From contig OZ024748.1 in assembly GCA_964016885.1 (NCBI GenBank), positions 39,742,001 through 39,806,000 on the forward strand: DNA of 64,000 bases, written 5' to 3'. Positions 12,944 through 24,575 of this stretch are shown piece by piece. The notes beneath the pieces are model-generated. The model had not been told where the DNA came from, searched no databases, and saw nothing but the letters and a program-made list of their open reading frames with translations. The translations under genes and the position numbers were made by a program. Within the stretch, counting starts at the first letter, position 1; each line of letters starts with the position of its first letter. This DNA is from Eledone cirrhosa. Its lineage: Eukaryota.

Positions 12944-14015
12944 CTATAAAGCTAACGGCCGTATGTATGTAACAAACTTTTCGCCAAACGGCTGGACCAA
13001 ACAGAACAAATTTGCACTATAGATGTAACTTTTTCCAAGTAAAAAAGTGAGGGTATTTTTGTCTACTGAATTTTGTTAAAAGATTAAAGACATTATTTAA
13101 ATATTCACTTCTTTAAAATTTCAAATGTCAACACTTCCTGTTATACGACATTCCTCACTTTTTTTCGTCGCACAACATTCCCCTCTTTTTCTTAGTCTGT
13201 CTTTTTAGATAGATATAGGGCTATAACGTAGCGTCTTTATATGTCTCTGTAGGTCTGGCTGTCTGTATTAGATAACGTTTTTCGAAATATTTACTTCTGG
13301 GTTCACAGATTGATTTTTTTTAGTTTCAGAAGTTAAGGGTGAAAGCCTTTGCTTAAACATTGTTATTTTAATATATATATTCGTGTACAGATATTTTGCA
13401 TACACAAAAACAAAAACCTATTTATTTCACTAAAGCACAGACGGCTTATCGTCATTGTTACTGTTCGAGGTTAGAGGACCACAGTCTTTCCAAGATCTGA
13501 GAACCATCAATAGCCAACAATGTTCCACTTACCGTTTGGCTTGCCAGATGCGTGGTTTGTTACACAATGACACCTATTGGCACCTCACCCTACAAGAAGC
13601 AGCAACTACTAAAATCCCTTCTCAGCTGCGAAAACCTTTTGCTATTATGCTGCACAACTGTGATCTCGCCACCCCGAAAGTCTAGCTGAGGACATCCTCC
13701 ACCGCACACGCAGACACAATCCGAGCGTAACATACGATGTCGTTTTCAATGAGGCGCTCATCTGTCTTGAAAACAGTCTCCTGGAGATTGATGGTAGGCT
13801 TCTAAGTCACTACAGCTTACCTGCTCCTGGCAGGAGTGTCCTGAGGTCAATGTCTACAGAGCTTCTCCGTGAGACGAGCTACGAGATCAGTGCTTCTCCA
13901 GTGGTCAATTGTATGTAGGATGCTCTAGGGTGAGCTCGCCAAACAATCTCTTCATCTTTGCTCCGGAGGGCTGAACAAAAAATATTGTATACTCTGAGGC
14001 TCTAACAATGTAATT
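12940..14015 (+). mobile_element. Internally deleted Helitron remnant
   Basis: VRGPQSFQDLRTIN..TYRLAC..RGLL..D..W..TL.EA (Rep-Hel linker) and FSSGQLYVGCSRV..TKNIVYSEAL (helicase C-terminus, with a stop) at ~13893-14010. Confidence 0.8.
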
Positions 14016-14522
14016 TAAATATTTTCTGTTACTTGGAATTTTCATTTTGGTTGTACAAATTATTGTTTGTTAAAAAATATGTTCTCTGTTCAGCCTTTAT
14101 TGTTGTAACTCTCAATTATCTTTAACGTACTGGCTGCTGAACTGGGGAATCCTAAAACTATTCAAACCCAACATCAGAGCACGTTAACCATTTGGATAGT
14201 GAAAGAAAAAGAGAAAAATTTCAAATCTTTTATGAGGGATATGCAAATGAAGTAGAAGGGTAGACTGAAAATATCGTTATATTTAGACGCCAGGTACATT
14301 TAAATAATTATTAGGATACTTTATAAAAGAAGATGAAGCAGAAGAAGGAAGAAAGATAGGCTCATATTATTATTAGGGTGCAAGTAGATTTAAAAATTTA
14401 AAATGTGTTGAAGTGGTAGAATACTAAACCAAAAAGTTTTCAATATATAACCAAATCATGAGTTATAATATATATATAATGTATATAATTATTTTTTAAG
14501 GAATTAAGGTTGTAGGTACACT

Positions 14523-14635
14523 TTAGCTTATTATATTGCAACCAGTCAGTTTAGCTTATTATATTTAAACCAGTCAATTTAGCTTATTATATGGAAACCA
14601 GTCAATTTAGCTTATTATATTGCAACCAGTCAATT
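14523..14635. repeat. 28-bp minisatellite, about 4 copies
   Basis: tttagcttattatattgcaaccagtcaa repeated. Confidence 0.85.
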
Positions 14636-14739
14636 ATATACATATTTATATAAATAGATAAAAATATATACATGCTGTTATTAATTCAAATATAATTTAA
14701 GGGTTACGAAGGATATGTGTTTACATTTTCAATATATAG

Positions 14740-14810
14740 TTAAGAAAAAAAAGTCCAAGATGGCACGGATGGGGTGGTCAGGAAGGAGACGTCCATACCA
14801 TAATGCCAAT
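14740..14810 (+). CDS. Candidate small upstream exon of the tryptophanase-like gene
   Basis: tag| acceptor at 14739; open frame LRKKSPRWHGWGGQEGDVHTIMP; ATG at 14803; phase-2 donor AT|GTAAGA at 14810/14811, compatible with the acceptor at 15368 (gives MPISDFIEPF). Confidence 0.5.
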
Positions 14811-14909
14811 GTAAGACAGTAGCTATTGTCATTTTATCGTGTCAGTTGATATTACGTTAAATATAATTCCGGTTTTATCTGTGATTTACTGATATAGCTT
14901 ACGTCAATT

Positions 14910-15300
14910 GTTTCTTCTTCGTCCAGTTATTTCTGAGAAGGTCGTGGGGTCAGAGTACTCCAACACTCCTTCCAGCAAGTCAGGTCAGAAGCAACCGTTT
15001 CCAACTGATCCGGCTGGATCTCCCAAGCATGACCAGCCAAGCTCATGGATCTTAGCAAACCATCTTACTCAGGGTGGGTCGATCCCTGGGTCTCTTGTCG
15101 GTTTGTTTTGCCCGTAAAATCTGTCCGGTGATTCTTTCCTGAGACAATCTAACCACATGTCCATAGTATCAGAGCTGTGATCTCTCAATTCGGAGAAGTA
15201 GCGGCTCTACCTGGAGTAACTCTCTGATCTCAGAACTACGCACTCTATCGAGTAACATTACTCCAAAGACCCTTCAGAGGAATCCCATTTCGACCGCTTG
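14910..15300 (-). mobile_element. RTE-like LINE 3' fragment (intronic in the proposed model)
   Basis: Similar to 18585-18960; same family as the fragment encoding LTYGHESCVMTE. Confidence 0.7.
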
Positions 15301-15368
15301 TATTGTTTCTATTTACGAAATAACACAACTGAGGATTTTAATAGTGTCAAATTTTCGTTTCCTTTCAG

Positions 15369-16865
15369 TTCCGACTTTATCGAACCATTTAAAATACATA
15401 TTGTAGAGAACATAAAGATCAATAACCGTAACGACAGATTAATTGCTCTCGAGAAAGCTGACTACAACATCTTTAAATTACAACCTGAAGATGTCATGAT
15501 CGATTTCCTTACAGATGCTGGCACTAATGCTTTCAGTCTTGAACAAAACGCAAGAATATGGATGGGTGATGAAAGTTATGCCGGATCTACTAGTTATGAA
15601 ACTTTGAAAGACACGGCAACATATATTTCTGGTTTTGAAAACATTCTGCCAGTTTTTTCTGAATGTATCAGCGAAGAGATTGTCGCTTCTTATTTCACAA
15701 AAGCTGGAGATAAGGTTATTGGGAATACTTTTACTTATTCACTTGAGAAGCATATAAAGGATCTTCATGCTGAAGCGATTTCTTTGTTAGATTGGTCAGA
15801 TAATAATTTTGCAGGAAATCTAGATGTTCAAGCACTCAAAAACTTATTGGCAGAAAATGATAAAAAATCAATTTCCTTTCTTATAATGAATGTACCAGCA
15901 AAAAGTAGTGGTGGCCAACCAGTTAGTATGTCAAACATGAAAGCAGTTTCTGATCTCTGTCGCGAACATTCGATTCCGATATACATCGAAAGTAGTATGT
16001 ATGGTGAGAACTGTTGGCTCAATAAAATGTACGAAGAGGCTTACTTCAATAAATCGTTAGTTGAGATATCGCAAGAAATGTTTTCTTTTTTCGATGGCTG
16101 CATTATTTCTGCTAAAAGAGATGGTAGAAGTGAGATTGGAAGTGTCATTTGTCTTCAAGACAAAGAAATTACTCGAAAATTGGGCACTGTTATTACTCTT
16201 AAAGCAGGTTTCATAACTTATGGTGGGATGGCTGGCCGAGATATGGAAATGGTAGCGGATGGCATGCGAGGTGCTTTGGATGAACAACTGCAAGACTATC
16301 GACAAAAACAATTGGCATTTTTCAAAAGATCCCTGAAGGAATTTGGTGTTCCGATTGTGGAGCCAGTCGGTTGTAATACCATCTTCATTGATGCCGAAAA
16401 TGCTTTTCCTAACTGTAAACACGCGTTTTATCCAGCCTGGTCTTTATCTTGTGCTGTTTATATCGTCGGGGGTATCCGATGCGCAGAGTTTGGTCAAGTT
16501 ACTCGTCCAACAAGTAGCTTACCCACTAATCATTTTCTGAAAGACCGAGAATTACTAAAGCTTGAGATACCTCGTTTCATCTATACGACTTGTCACATTT
16601 TCTATGTTGCCTATGTTTCGCTCAGCTTATTTCACATGAAATGCTTTCTGGAATGAAACTTATTGCCTGCTCCGAAGACCAAATAAAAATCGTGAAAATA
16701 AAAATGAAGCCAAATCATTCTCTGGAATATGACGATATCCAACTCCTTCCGGTACAAGACTGTAAACACATTCACTTCTTTAAAAACATATCTAATCAAA
16801 GAGTTATGAAAAGAAATTCAATCGCCGAGGTATCTTCTATATGGTCAGTCGACATTCCTTCTTAA
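15369..16865 (+). CDS. Tryptophanase/tyrosine phenol-lyase family domain A: lacks the PLP lysine, retains the trans-acting catalytic Tyr; 1-bp frameshift at ~16617
   Basis: EPFKI, DFLTDAGT, GDESYAGS, GGQPVSM.NM, SAKRD (K->R), TYGGMAGRDME, PIVEPVG, IPRFIYT. Acceptor tttcctttcag at 15368. Homology continues in the shifted frame (FAQLISHEMLSGMKL) to TAA at 16865. Confidence 0.88.
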
Positions 16866-17060
16866 AAAGGGGACAAACACGTTAGATAATGTAATCGTAG
16901 ACACAAAAAAGACGTGGTAGTCATGATTGGAACGTCCCTGATCATATAATTGCTCTGTCAATGTTGACCTGAACTTAAACAACAGCAACAACAACACAGA
17001 GATTTTTTTTTTGTTGCACCCAAACAGGGTTCTGTAAATTCTAGATTGTACATTCTTTTA

Positions 17061-17203
17061 TTCTTTTACTGGTTTCAGTCATTAGACTGTGGCCATGCTG
17101 GGGCACTGTTCTTTTACTGGTTTCAGTCATTAGACTGTGGCCATGCTGGGGCAGTGGTCTTTTACTGGATTCAGTGATTCTACTGTGGCCATGCTAGGGC
17201 ACC
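17061..17203. repeat. ~47-bp tandem repeat x3, possibly SINE-derived
   Basis: ttcttttactggtttcagtcattagactgtggccatgctggggca repeated. Confidence 0.7.
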
Positions 17204-17417
17204 AATTGATTGTTAGTTTATTTTTTTTAATTGGTTTTATTACCAACAATTAAACTATTGAACATGATTTTGAATAGAAAGTAGGGGAAAACATTGACAG
17301 TCTTGTCAAATATAGTTTTAATATTATGTTAACAAACCATGAAATAAAATATCTTTGGAAACTTAAATATATTTCTTGTGATGTTCTTTTTACAATTATT
17401 TCACAAATATATAATTC

Positions 17418-17682
17418 ATATGAAACATTGTGATGTATGTTTCACCAATATATAATTAATATCAAACATTGTGATGTATGTTACACCAATATATAATTAA
17501 TATCAAACATTGTGATGTATGTTTCACTAATATATAATTAATATCAAACATTGTGATGTATGTTACACCAATATAAAATTAATATGAAACATTGTGATGT
17601 ATGTTTCACCAATATATAATTAATATCAAACATTGTGATGTATGTTACACCAATATATAATTAATATCAAACATTGTGATGT
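17418..17682. repeat. 41-bp minisatellite, about 6.5 copies
   Basis: atatcaaacattgtgatgtatgttacaccaatatataatta repeated. Confidence 0.9.
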
Positions 17683-18584
17683 GGTTGTGATAATTCGGGG
17701 AAAGATGGTACAACGAATATTAGATAAACTAAGGTGAAAAGATACAACAAATCAGCATTTTAAACTTTCGTCTTATATTTCTTGATGTTTTGAGGTGAGA
17801 AACTTTTTTCAAAAGAAAGAAATGGAGTCTGGTCTTGTCAACGCCCAAAGAAATGTTGATAAACGATTTATTTACATCAACTTATTATTGATGGTGACAT
17901 GCTTTTGTTTCACTTTAAAAAAATATTATAATAAGGTGACATACTAATATAAATATTATTTTAAAAATAAAAAACAAATCTTGAAACATCTTATGACTGT
18001 GGCAGTGGCAAGGTTTATAGAGTTAAGAAGCCTCACAACCATCTGATTTCTGGTTCCTTTAGACTACATGGCATCTTAAAGAAGCGTCTTTCTGCCATAG
18101 GTTCGAGTCAACAAAACGGACAGTTTGCCCTTTTCGGCTTGGCGGGCAGCAGGGCCTGGACTGGTGGTGGAATGCACCAGGTTGGCACTTGCAATTAATT
18201 GTAATATAACTGATAGATGTTGTTTCAATTCTGTGCCATTAATTGTAGATCAACGACAACATTGTTGCAGTAGTTATTTCAATTATGTGCCATTAATAAT
18301 CTGTGTTACGAACACTACATAAATAGTCTACAGGTGTTACCTTGATTTCACCAGATGGAAATATCAAAATCAAAATTGATTATGTAATTGTTCCAAACAA
18401 TATTCTCGAAATGGTGAAAAACTGCCATGTGTATATTTCTACAGATATTGGTCTAGAATATTTCAACTTAGAGACTGGAAAACACAAACGTTATTATCAT
18501 AAATGTACTGTGATTGTGTGAGGCTTAATTATTAAAGATTGTAAAATCCATTCCCTGTGAATTATATCCAAGAATTTTCTTTTT

Positions 18585-19380
18585 CTTCCTTCACTTATTC
18601 CTGAGAAGGTCGTGGGGGAAGAGTCTTCAAACACTCCTTCTAGTAGGTCCTGTCAGAAGCAATCATCTCCAACTGATTTGGCTGGATCCCCAAGCGAGAC
18701 CTGCCAAGCTTATGGATGTTATCCAACTATCTTGCTCAGGGTCTACTCCTGGGTCTCCTGCTGGTTGGTTTTGCCAATAAAATCTGTCCAGTATTTCCTT
18801 GGACATTCTAGCCATATAATATGTAATATCAGAGCTATGATTTCTCAATTCGGAGAAGTATCAGTTCTACCAGGAGTGATTAAGAAGTCTCCAAGCTACA
18901 CACACTATCGAGTAATGATACTCCAAATACCCTTTTGGAGGAACCCCATTTTGGCCACTTGTATTTGCGATTGTATTCTTTCAGTCATTACACAAGATTC
19001 ATGACCATAGGTAAGGGTTGGCACGAAAACCGAATTGAAGATAGTGAGTTTGGTGTTTACACCTACCTCCCTTCTTCTGATTACCAAATGCCAAAGCTGT
19101 CACATTACTGCAGCAGCTCCTGCAATTATTGCACTTAATTCGGCCTCCTGCCTTCCATCACTCGTGACCATGGCCCTGAGATACTTGAACTTCTCTACCA
19201 ACTTCAGTAGAACTCCTTTCGCATGTAGAATGCACTGCGCAGGCTTCCTTTAGAAGACGAGTGTCTCAGTTTTCACAGCACTGAATTTCATTCCAGCCAT
19301 GCAGCACTCTGCATCAAACCTATCAAGTGCAAGTCAGAGATCACCTTTTGTTGAGTTTGTAACACCATGTTGTCTGCAAA
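18585..19380 (-). mobile_element. RTE-like LINE 3' fragment
   Basis: KLTIFNSVFVPTLTYGHESCVMTERIQSQIQVAKMGFL, plus FADNM and EKFKYL remnants. Confidence 0.8.
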
Positions 19381-19469
19381 TTCCAGCCACAAATTGCTGG
19401 CCATGTGCCTAAATTAGAAAACCTTATTCCTGCAAAAGGTCCTGTTAATCCTTAATTATTATTAAATAT

Positions 19470-19625
19470 AACATATATACAAACTGGAGCTGTGTCAGGG
19501 ACCAGTCCGCAAACATATATACAAACTGGAGCTGTGTCAGGGACCAGTCCGCAAACATATATACAAACTGGAGCTGTGTAAGGGACCAGTCCGCAAACAT
19601 ATATACAAACTGGAGCTATGTCAGT
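19470..19625. repeat. 42-bp minisatellite, about 3.5 copies
   Basis: acatatatacaaactggagctgtgtcagggaccagtccgcaa repeated. Confidence 0.85.
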
Positions 19626-20789
19626 GACAATGTCTGCAAACAATGAGTTGAAAATTTTAACACCAAGAAATATATGATAAATAAAAACTACAGTTAACAG
19701 ATTTTTGTGTTTTGAATTACTAAAGTGACTCGTTGCCACAGTTATGACCAGTCATGATCTTGTCGATTGAATACTACACTAGGTTTTGGTCTGTGATCCT
19801 CTAACCAAGGAGTGCTCACAGTTTGCTGAATGGACAATACTACTTACACGCCATCAATGGACTTACACACATCCCCGGGGTTTTGTTATATTATTTTGTG
19901 TTGGGTAACACACCTCCACCACTCAAACACTTATCTTAAAGGCCCGAGGGCCCATTTGACGGGAAAACGCACACACTGACACCTTAACTCAAATACCCAA
20001 CCCTACATGGAGCCCCTTGTTGGCCTACATGGCAGGTGTTTGCACGCACAGACTCGGGGACCCAGATTCTCAACGGGACAACGGCACATATAGAGTTCGA
20101 TACGAGCTGACTACTTGCTCTACACATGGATGTGTATATACCAAAACATACACTATTTAGACGATACAGATGTTACAATTCAATCGATACACGTATAGCA
20201 GAACGTTGAAGGGAATTTACTTGCGTGTGTATAGTGTTGTGGTTGACCCAATTTTTTTCTAATTTACATCGTGAAAATTGAGATTTGACCAATATAACGT
20301 TTGTTGTTTTGTAACCTAACTTTTGGTGCATACTGTGTTGCTGTGTATATTTTTTTTTCTCTGACCTCGCGTCGGTGTGTGTGAGTGTGTGTGCACTCAA
20401 TAACACTAATTGTGACGGACCAAAATTCTACAGATCTGGTGCTGAGATTAGACCTGTCCAGCGTCTTTTACAGCTATTGAGAGATAGAGACTTGATAGAT
20501 TTATGACCCTGACTGAAGACAATAGCAGTTGTCGTGTTTTGGCTGCTGATTATTCATATGGGGAACAAAACTCCAGTGAGTGAACATCGTTAGTTTTTCC
20601 TCCCTCATATCAAAGATTTCAAGACATTTCATTATTCACCTGAGATCAGTGATAATCGATCATGACCACACGATCGATCCCTTATTGAAACATGTGTCGT
20701 GATTAAAATGATTGGAAATGTATACCATGCCTTCGGATCTTTATTTTGATATATATATATAAAACTGAATTTACATTTTTTTTTTCCAG

Positions 20790-22179
20790 TCTCCAAGCAA
20801 TGGAACCTTACAGGATTAAGGTATTTTATCCAGTCAATTTAATCCCCAAGTCTGACCGTATTGCATGTCTAAAAGCTGCCAACTACAACCCCTTTCTACT
20901 TAAATCGAAAGACATATTTATAGATTTGCTAACAGATTCTGGTACAGGAAGTCAAAGCAGTGCCCAGTGGTCGGCTATGACTAAAGCCGGCTATTCAACT
21001 ATTAATTCCGAATACGTTAAGGAATTTGTACGTACAATTCAACACATTACCAATTTCAAACATGTATTTCCAGTTCATCAAGGTCGAGGAGCCGAAGGTT
21101 TGTTGGCAAAACTCCTACTGAATAAAGAGAGTGTTGTACTGAGTAATTCTCTGTTTGACACAACACGAGCACACGTTGAGTCATCTGGTGCAATTGGAAT
21201 AGATTTGGCAACAAAGTCTTCAAAATTCTTAGGTGATGCCGATGTGGAAAAATTTGAAGAAACACTGGATGAATATGGTTCTAGAGTTCATCTTGTAATA
21301 ATAACCTGCACCAATAATGTGGTAGCCGGAGCTCCTGTGAGCATGCAAAATATAGAAATCATAACAAAATTATGTCGAAACAAGAATATCCCAGTTATAA
21401 TGGACGCATGCCGTTTTGTTGAAAATGCTTATTTTATCAAGACCTTAGACGAAAAATATTCTAAACACACAATCTTAGATATTGCCAGCGAAATGTTTTC
21501 TTATTTTGATGGTGCAACTATGTCTTTAAAGAAAGATGGTATGAGCAATGAAGGTGGGTTTATAGCTTTCAACAACGACAAATGGGCCACCAAAATATTT
21601 GACATAATCGAATATAAAAGTGGTTATTCAACTTACGGGGGAATAACTGGATCAAATCTTGTAGCATGTACTGTCGGAATTTCTGAGGCTATGAACGAAA
21701 ATTACCTCCGATCAAGAATCTATCAGGCTAAATTACTGGCTGATTTCTTGGAAGATAATAATATTCCCGTATTTAAACCAGTAGGGGCCCATGCCGTCTA
21801 CGTGAAAGCAAACAAAGTCTTGCCACACCTTGATTTCTTGAAGTATCCAGCATGGTCCCTTAATTGTGCCGTATATATCGAAGGTGGTATTCGATGTGCA
21901 GAAATTGGCAATATAATGTTTGGTGAAAATTCAGATGGAACAAAACAAATTCATCCCTTTGAATATGTGCGTTTGGCTTTACCCAGAAGAACCTATACGG
22001 TCAACCATCTGCATTTTGTGGCCAAAACTTTTGGTTTTGTTGCCAAAAAAGCCCATTTAATCCACGGAATGGAAATTGTCAAATCTTCGCATCTCCTAAG
22101 ACATTTCACAATTTGGATGAGACCATTAAATGAATACCACCTTGAAAAGAATAATAATCAGAAAAAAATAAACTGTTGA
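20790..22179 (+). CDS. tnaA: Tryptophanase (tryptophan indole-lyase)-like domain B: PLP site intact, GDEAY catalytic-Tyr motif lost
   Basis: MEPYRIK, YNPFLL, DLLTDSGT, HQGRGAE, FDTTR, TNN, DACRFVENAYFIK, MSLKKD (Lys at 21532), GAHAV, EIG, RLALPRRTYT, LRHFT. Strong acceptor t(10)ccag at 20789; ATG at 20800. Confidence 0.93.
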
Positions 22180-22884
22180 AGTTTGCCATAAATTACAATG
22201 TCAGTTATCTCTTGTGTACAGAAGAAGTTCATTAGAAGTATATATCACACTGGCCAAATTACCCACACCTTGCTGCGTTTCACACTTTTTTTTTTTTAAA
22301 GAAAATGATGAATGATTTTAAATCAGCGATATAATTTATGGAGAAAAACTCTGCATTTCAATATTACTCAATGTAAAATGTAATGCATGAAAAATTGGAA
22401 AACATTATTTTTTGTTATATATCAAATCAAAATTACATTATTAAATCTGATTCTTATTTTGTTTCTTGTAAATAATTTTTTTCAAAATATCAATTCAAAA
22501 CTTTTGTGAATAGGGCATCATATCTTGTCATTTACCTATGGTTTAAATTTCATATAAATCGAAAGGAAAAAATTTTCAGCAGGGATTTGTGCCTCCGGGG
22601 AACCCTTTGATTAAAATGAAATATACTTATCCAAGTAACCTGGGAAATGTAGTTTCAGAATATATATGGTTATGGGGATCTAGCTCCAAAACTATAGGAG
22701 GAGTTCATGAACAAACAAACAGACAGGAACTACAACTTTATATATATAGATTACTACCTACGTTTAAATGGGTTTTATATAAATGAATTTAAATGGCTTT
22801 TAATGGGTACATGTGTGTGCTTATATTAGTGAAGAAGTGCTTGCTTAAGAACTATGACATATGACTTCATAACACATATTATTG

Positions 22885-23040
22885 TGGTGGATTGGCAGTA
22901 TTGGGAGAGGGTCGGATGCCATGCTTTGACGTATAGAGTTACGGCCCTTGCCATTCTGAGTTCAAATCCCGCCGAGGTTAACTTTGCCTTTCATCCTTAC
23001 GGGGTCGATAAAATAAAGTACCAGTAATGCACTGGATATT
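22885..23040 (+). mobile_element. SINE (same family as 7325)
   Basis: ctgagttcaaatcccgccgaggttaactttgcctttcatcc..ataaaataaagtaccag. Confidence 0.75.
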
Positions 23041-23639
23041 TGCTGACCGTGTGCCTAACTTAGAAACAATTATAAAGAGAAATTCGTATTTTCTTGCATG
23101 TTTACATGCCTACATATTAAATATATGTATAGTTCTACACACAGTCTCAGCTACACACTCTGTATTTATACAGATATAATTTTATCATTCACTATGGCTG
23201 TTAGCATACTTCTTAATATATATATATTAAATAAGTACCAATACAACGCTAATTAAATGCAAATTAATTTCATTGGTACAAGAGATTTCAACACATTCTG
23301 CTTTTCAACTCGGCAAAAATACAGAGAGTTTGGCTAATATAGCAACATAGCTACACACACTTGCTAACCCTAACCCCTGCCGAAATTGAAACTAGCTGAG
23401 TTTGCTTCACAGGTTACTAAATATCACGACTATGTATTCTACAATTGCACACACAATATACTGCATGTATACTTGCACCTTTTTCTGTTTTCATTGCTGC
23501 ACCTTAACAACGAAGTAAATCATTTTATAAATAAAAATATTTAAATTAGCAGTGTCTTGTTTATTTGTTAATTCTTATCCACGTGATTTGGAAAAATCAT
23601 CTTACCCAGGGTAATATCACTTCACAGTACACATCAGGA

Positions 23640-24175
23640 GTGGTTTATTTGACCAATACGGTCAAACTTCTCTGGACTCGCAGACATACTTGGCATTGCT
23701 TCACCAACATAGTAAAACCAACCAGCAGGAGTCCCAGGGGTAGACCCCAAGCAGGATGGATGGATAACATCCATGAGCTTGGCTGGTCTTGCTTGGGGAT
23801 CGAGCCAGATCAGTTGGAAACGGTTGCTTCTGACAGAACCTGCTGGAAGGAGTGTCTGAGGATTCTGCAACAGCATTTGGAAGATTATACTGAAGACTTG
23901 GGCATGTGGAAGAGCTGCATGAAGCTACTGAGTGATGAGCAGAAGGAGCGACATGTGCAGGTGCGTAAGCACATCCTCAAGCATTTTGAAATCAAACCAG
24001 ACATTTTCCTTTTCCCCAAGCTGAAGAGGGTCATCAGAGGAACCTGAGGTAGAAGCCATGAAGAGGGCTATATTAGCAGAGCTATGGAGAATTCTGGGTG
24101 AATCCATCCAAGAGTGCAGGGAGAAGAAAAATGGGAAATTGTGTTTGACCCAAGGGGGATTATTCTGAAAAGGAA
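23640..24175 (+). mobile_element. RTE 3' fragment followed by a mariner-like transposase remnant
   Basis: RSPRGRPQAGWMDNI..DRTCW (RTE); EDLGM..KLLSDEQKERHV and DIFLFPKLKRVIRG (mariner). Confidence 0.6.
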
Positions 24176-24245
24176 AACTTCTAGTTCGGATTTAAAATAT
24201 TTTATTTTGCAACTTCTGTCCTGTTTCTTTTCATATATATATATA

Positions 24246-24575
24246 CATGGCTTAGTGGTTAGAGCATTTGCCTTGCAATCGAAAGGTTTGAGTTCAATTC
24301 TCAGACCGGGTGATGTGTTGTTTCCTTGAGCAAGACACTTTATTTCACATTGCTCCAGTTTACTCAGCTGTAGAAATGAGATGATAGGGACTGGGGTCCC
24401 TATCATTCCACTGCAAAGTGGTCATGGAGGTGCCATGGCAAAAAAGCACCCAGCGCTCACTGTAAATGAGGTTGGTGTTAGGAAGGGCATCCAGCTGTAG
24501 AAATCAAGCCAGAATCAGTTCCCGTCCTACCCTTGCAAGCAGGGAAAAGTGGACGTAAAATGATGATGATGATGA
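24246..24575 (+). mobile_element. Full-length tRNA-derived SINE with a (GAT)n tail
   Basis: A box ggcttagtggttagagc, B box gagttcaattc, core ccttgagcaagacactt. Near-identical copy at 32947. Confidence 0.85.

Noticed and set aside
15298-15368. ORF-track N-termini of the two enzyme ORFs (15298 and 20746 starts)
   Set aside because: TTG starts running through polypyrimidine tracts; this is intron sequence.
16117-16119. A-to-I editing restoring the PLP lysine of domain A
   Set aside because: Editing turns AAA into AGA, not the reverse, and many other cis residues are lost.
14910-19380. RTE fragments upstream of both A and B as relics of the gene duplication
   Set aside because: The fragments are far more similar to each other than A is to B, so they are probably later independent insertions.
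15298-22179. Bacterial contamination as the source of the tryptophanase ORFs
   Set aside because: Splice acceptors, host-like AT content, no operon or ribosome-binding site, and interspersed LINE/SINE sequence between the ORFs.
20746-22179. Tyrosine phenol-lyase call
   Set aside because: FDTT, EIG and LRHF are tryptophanase-type residues.
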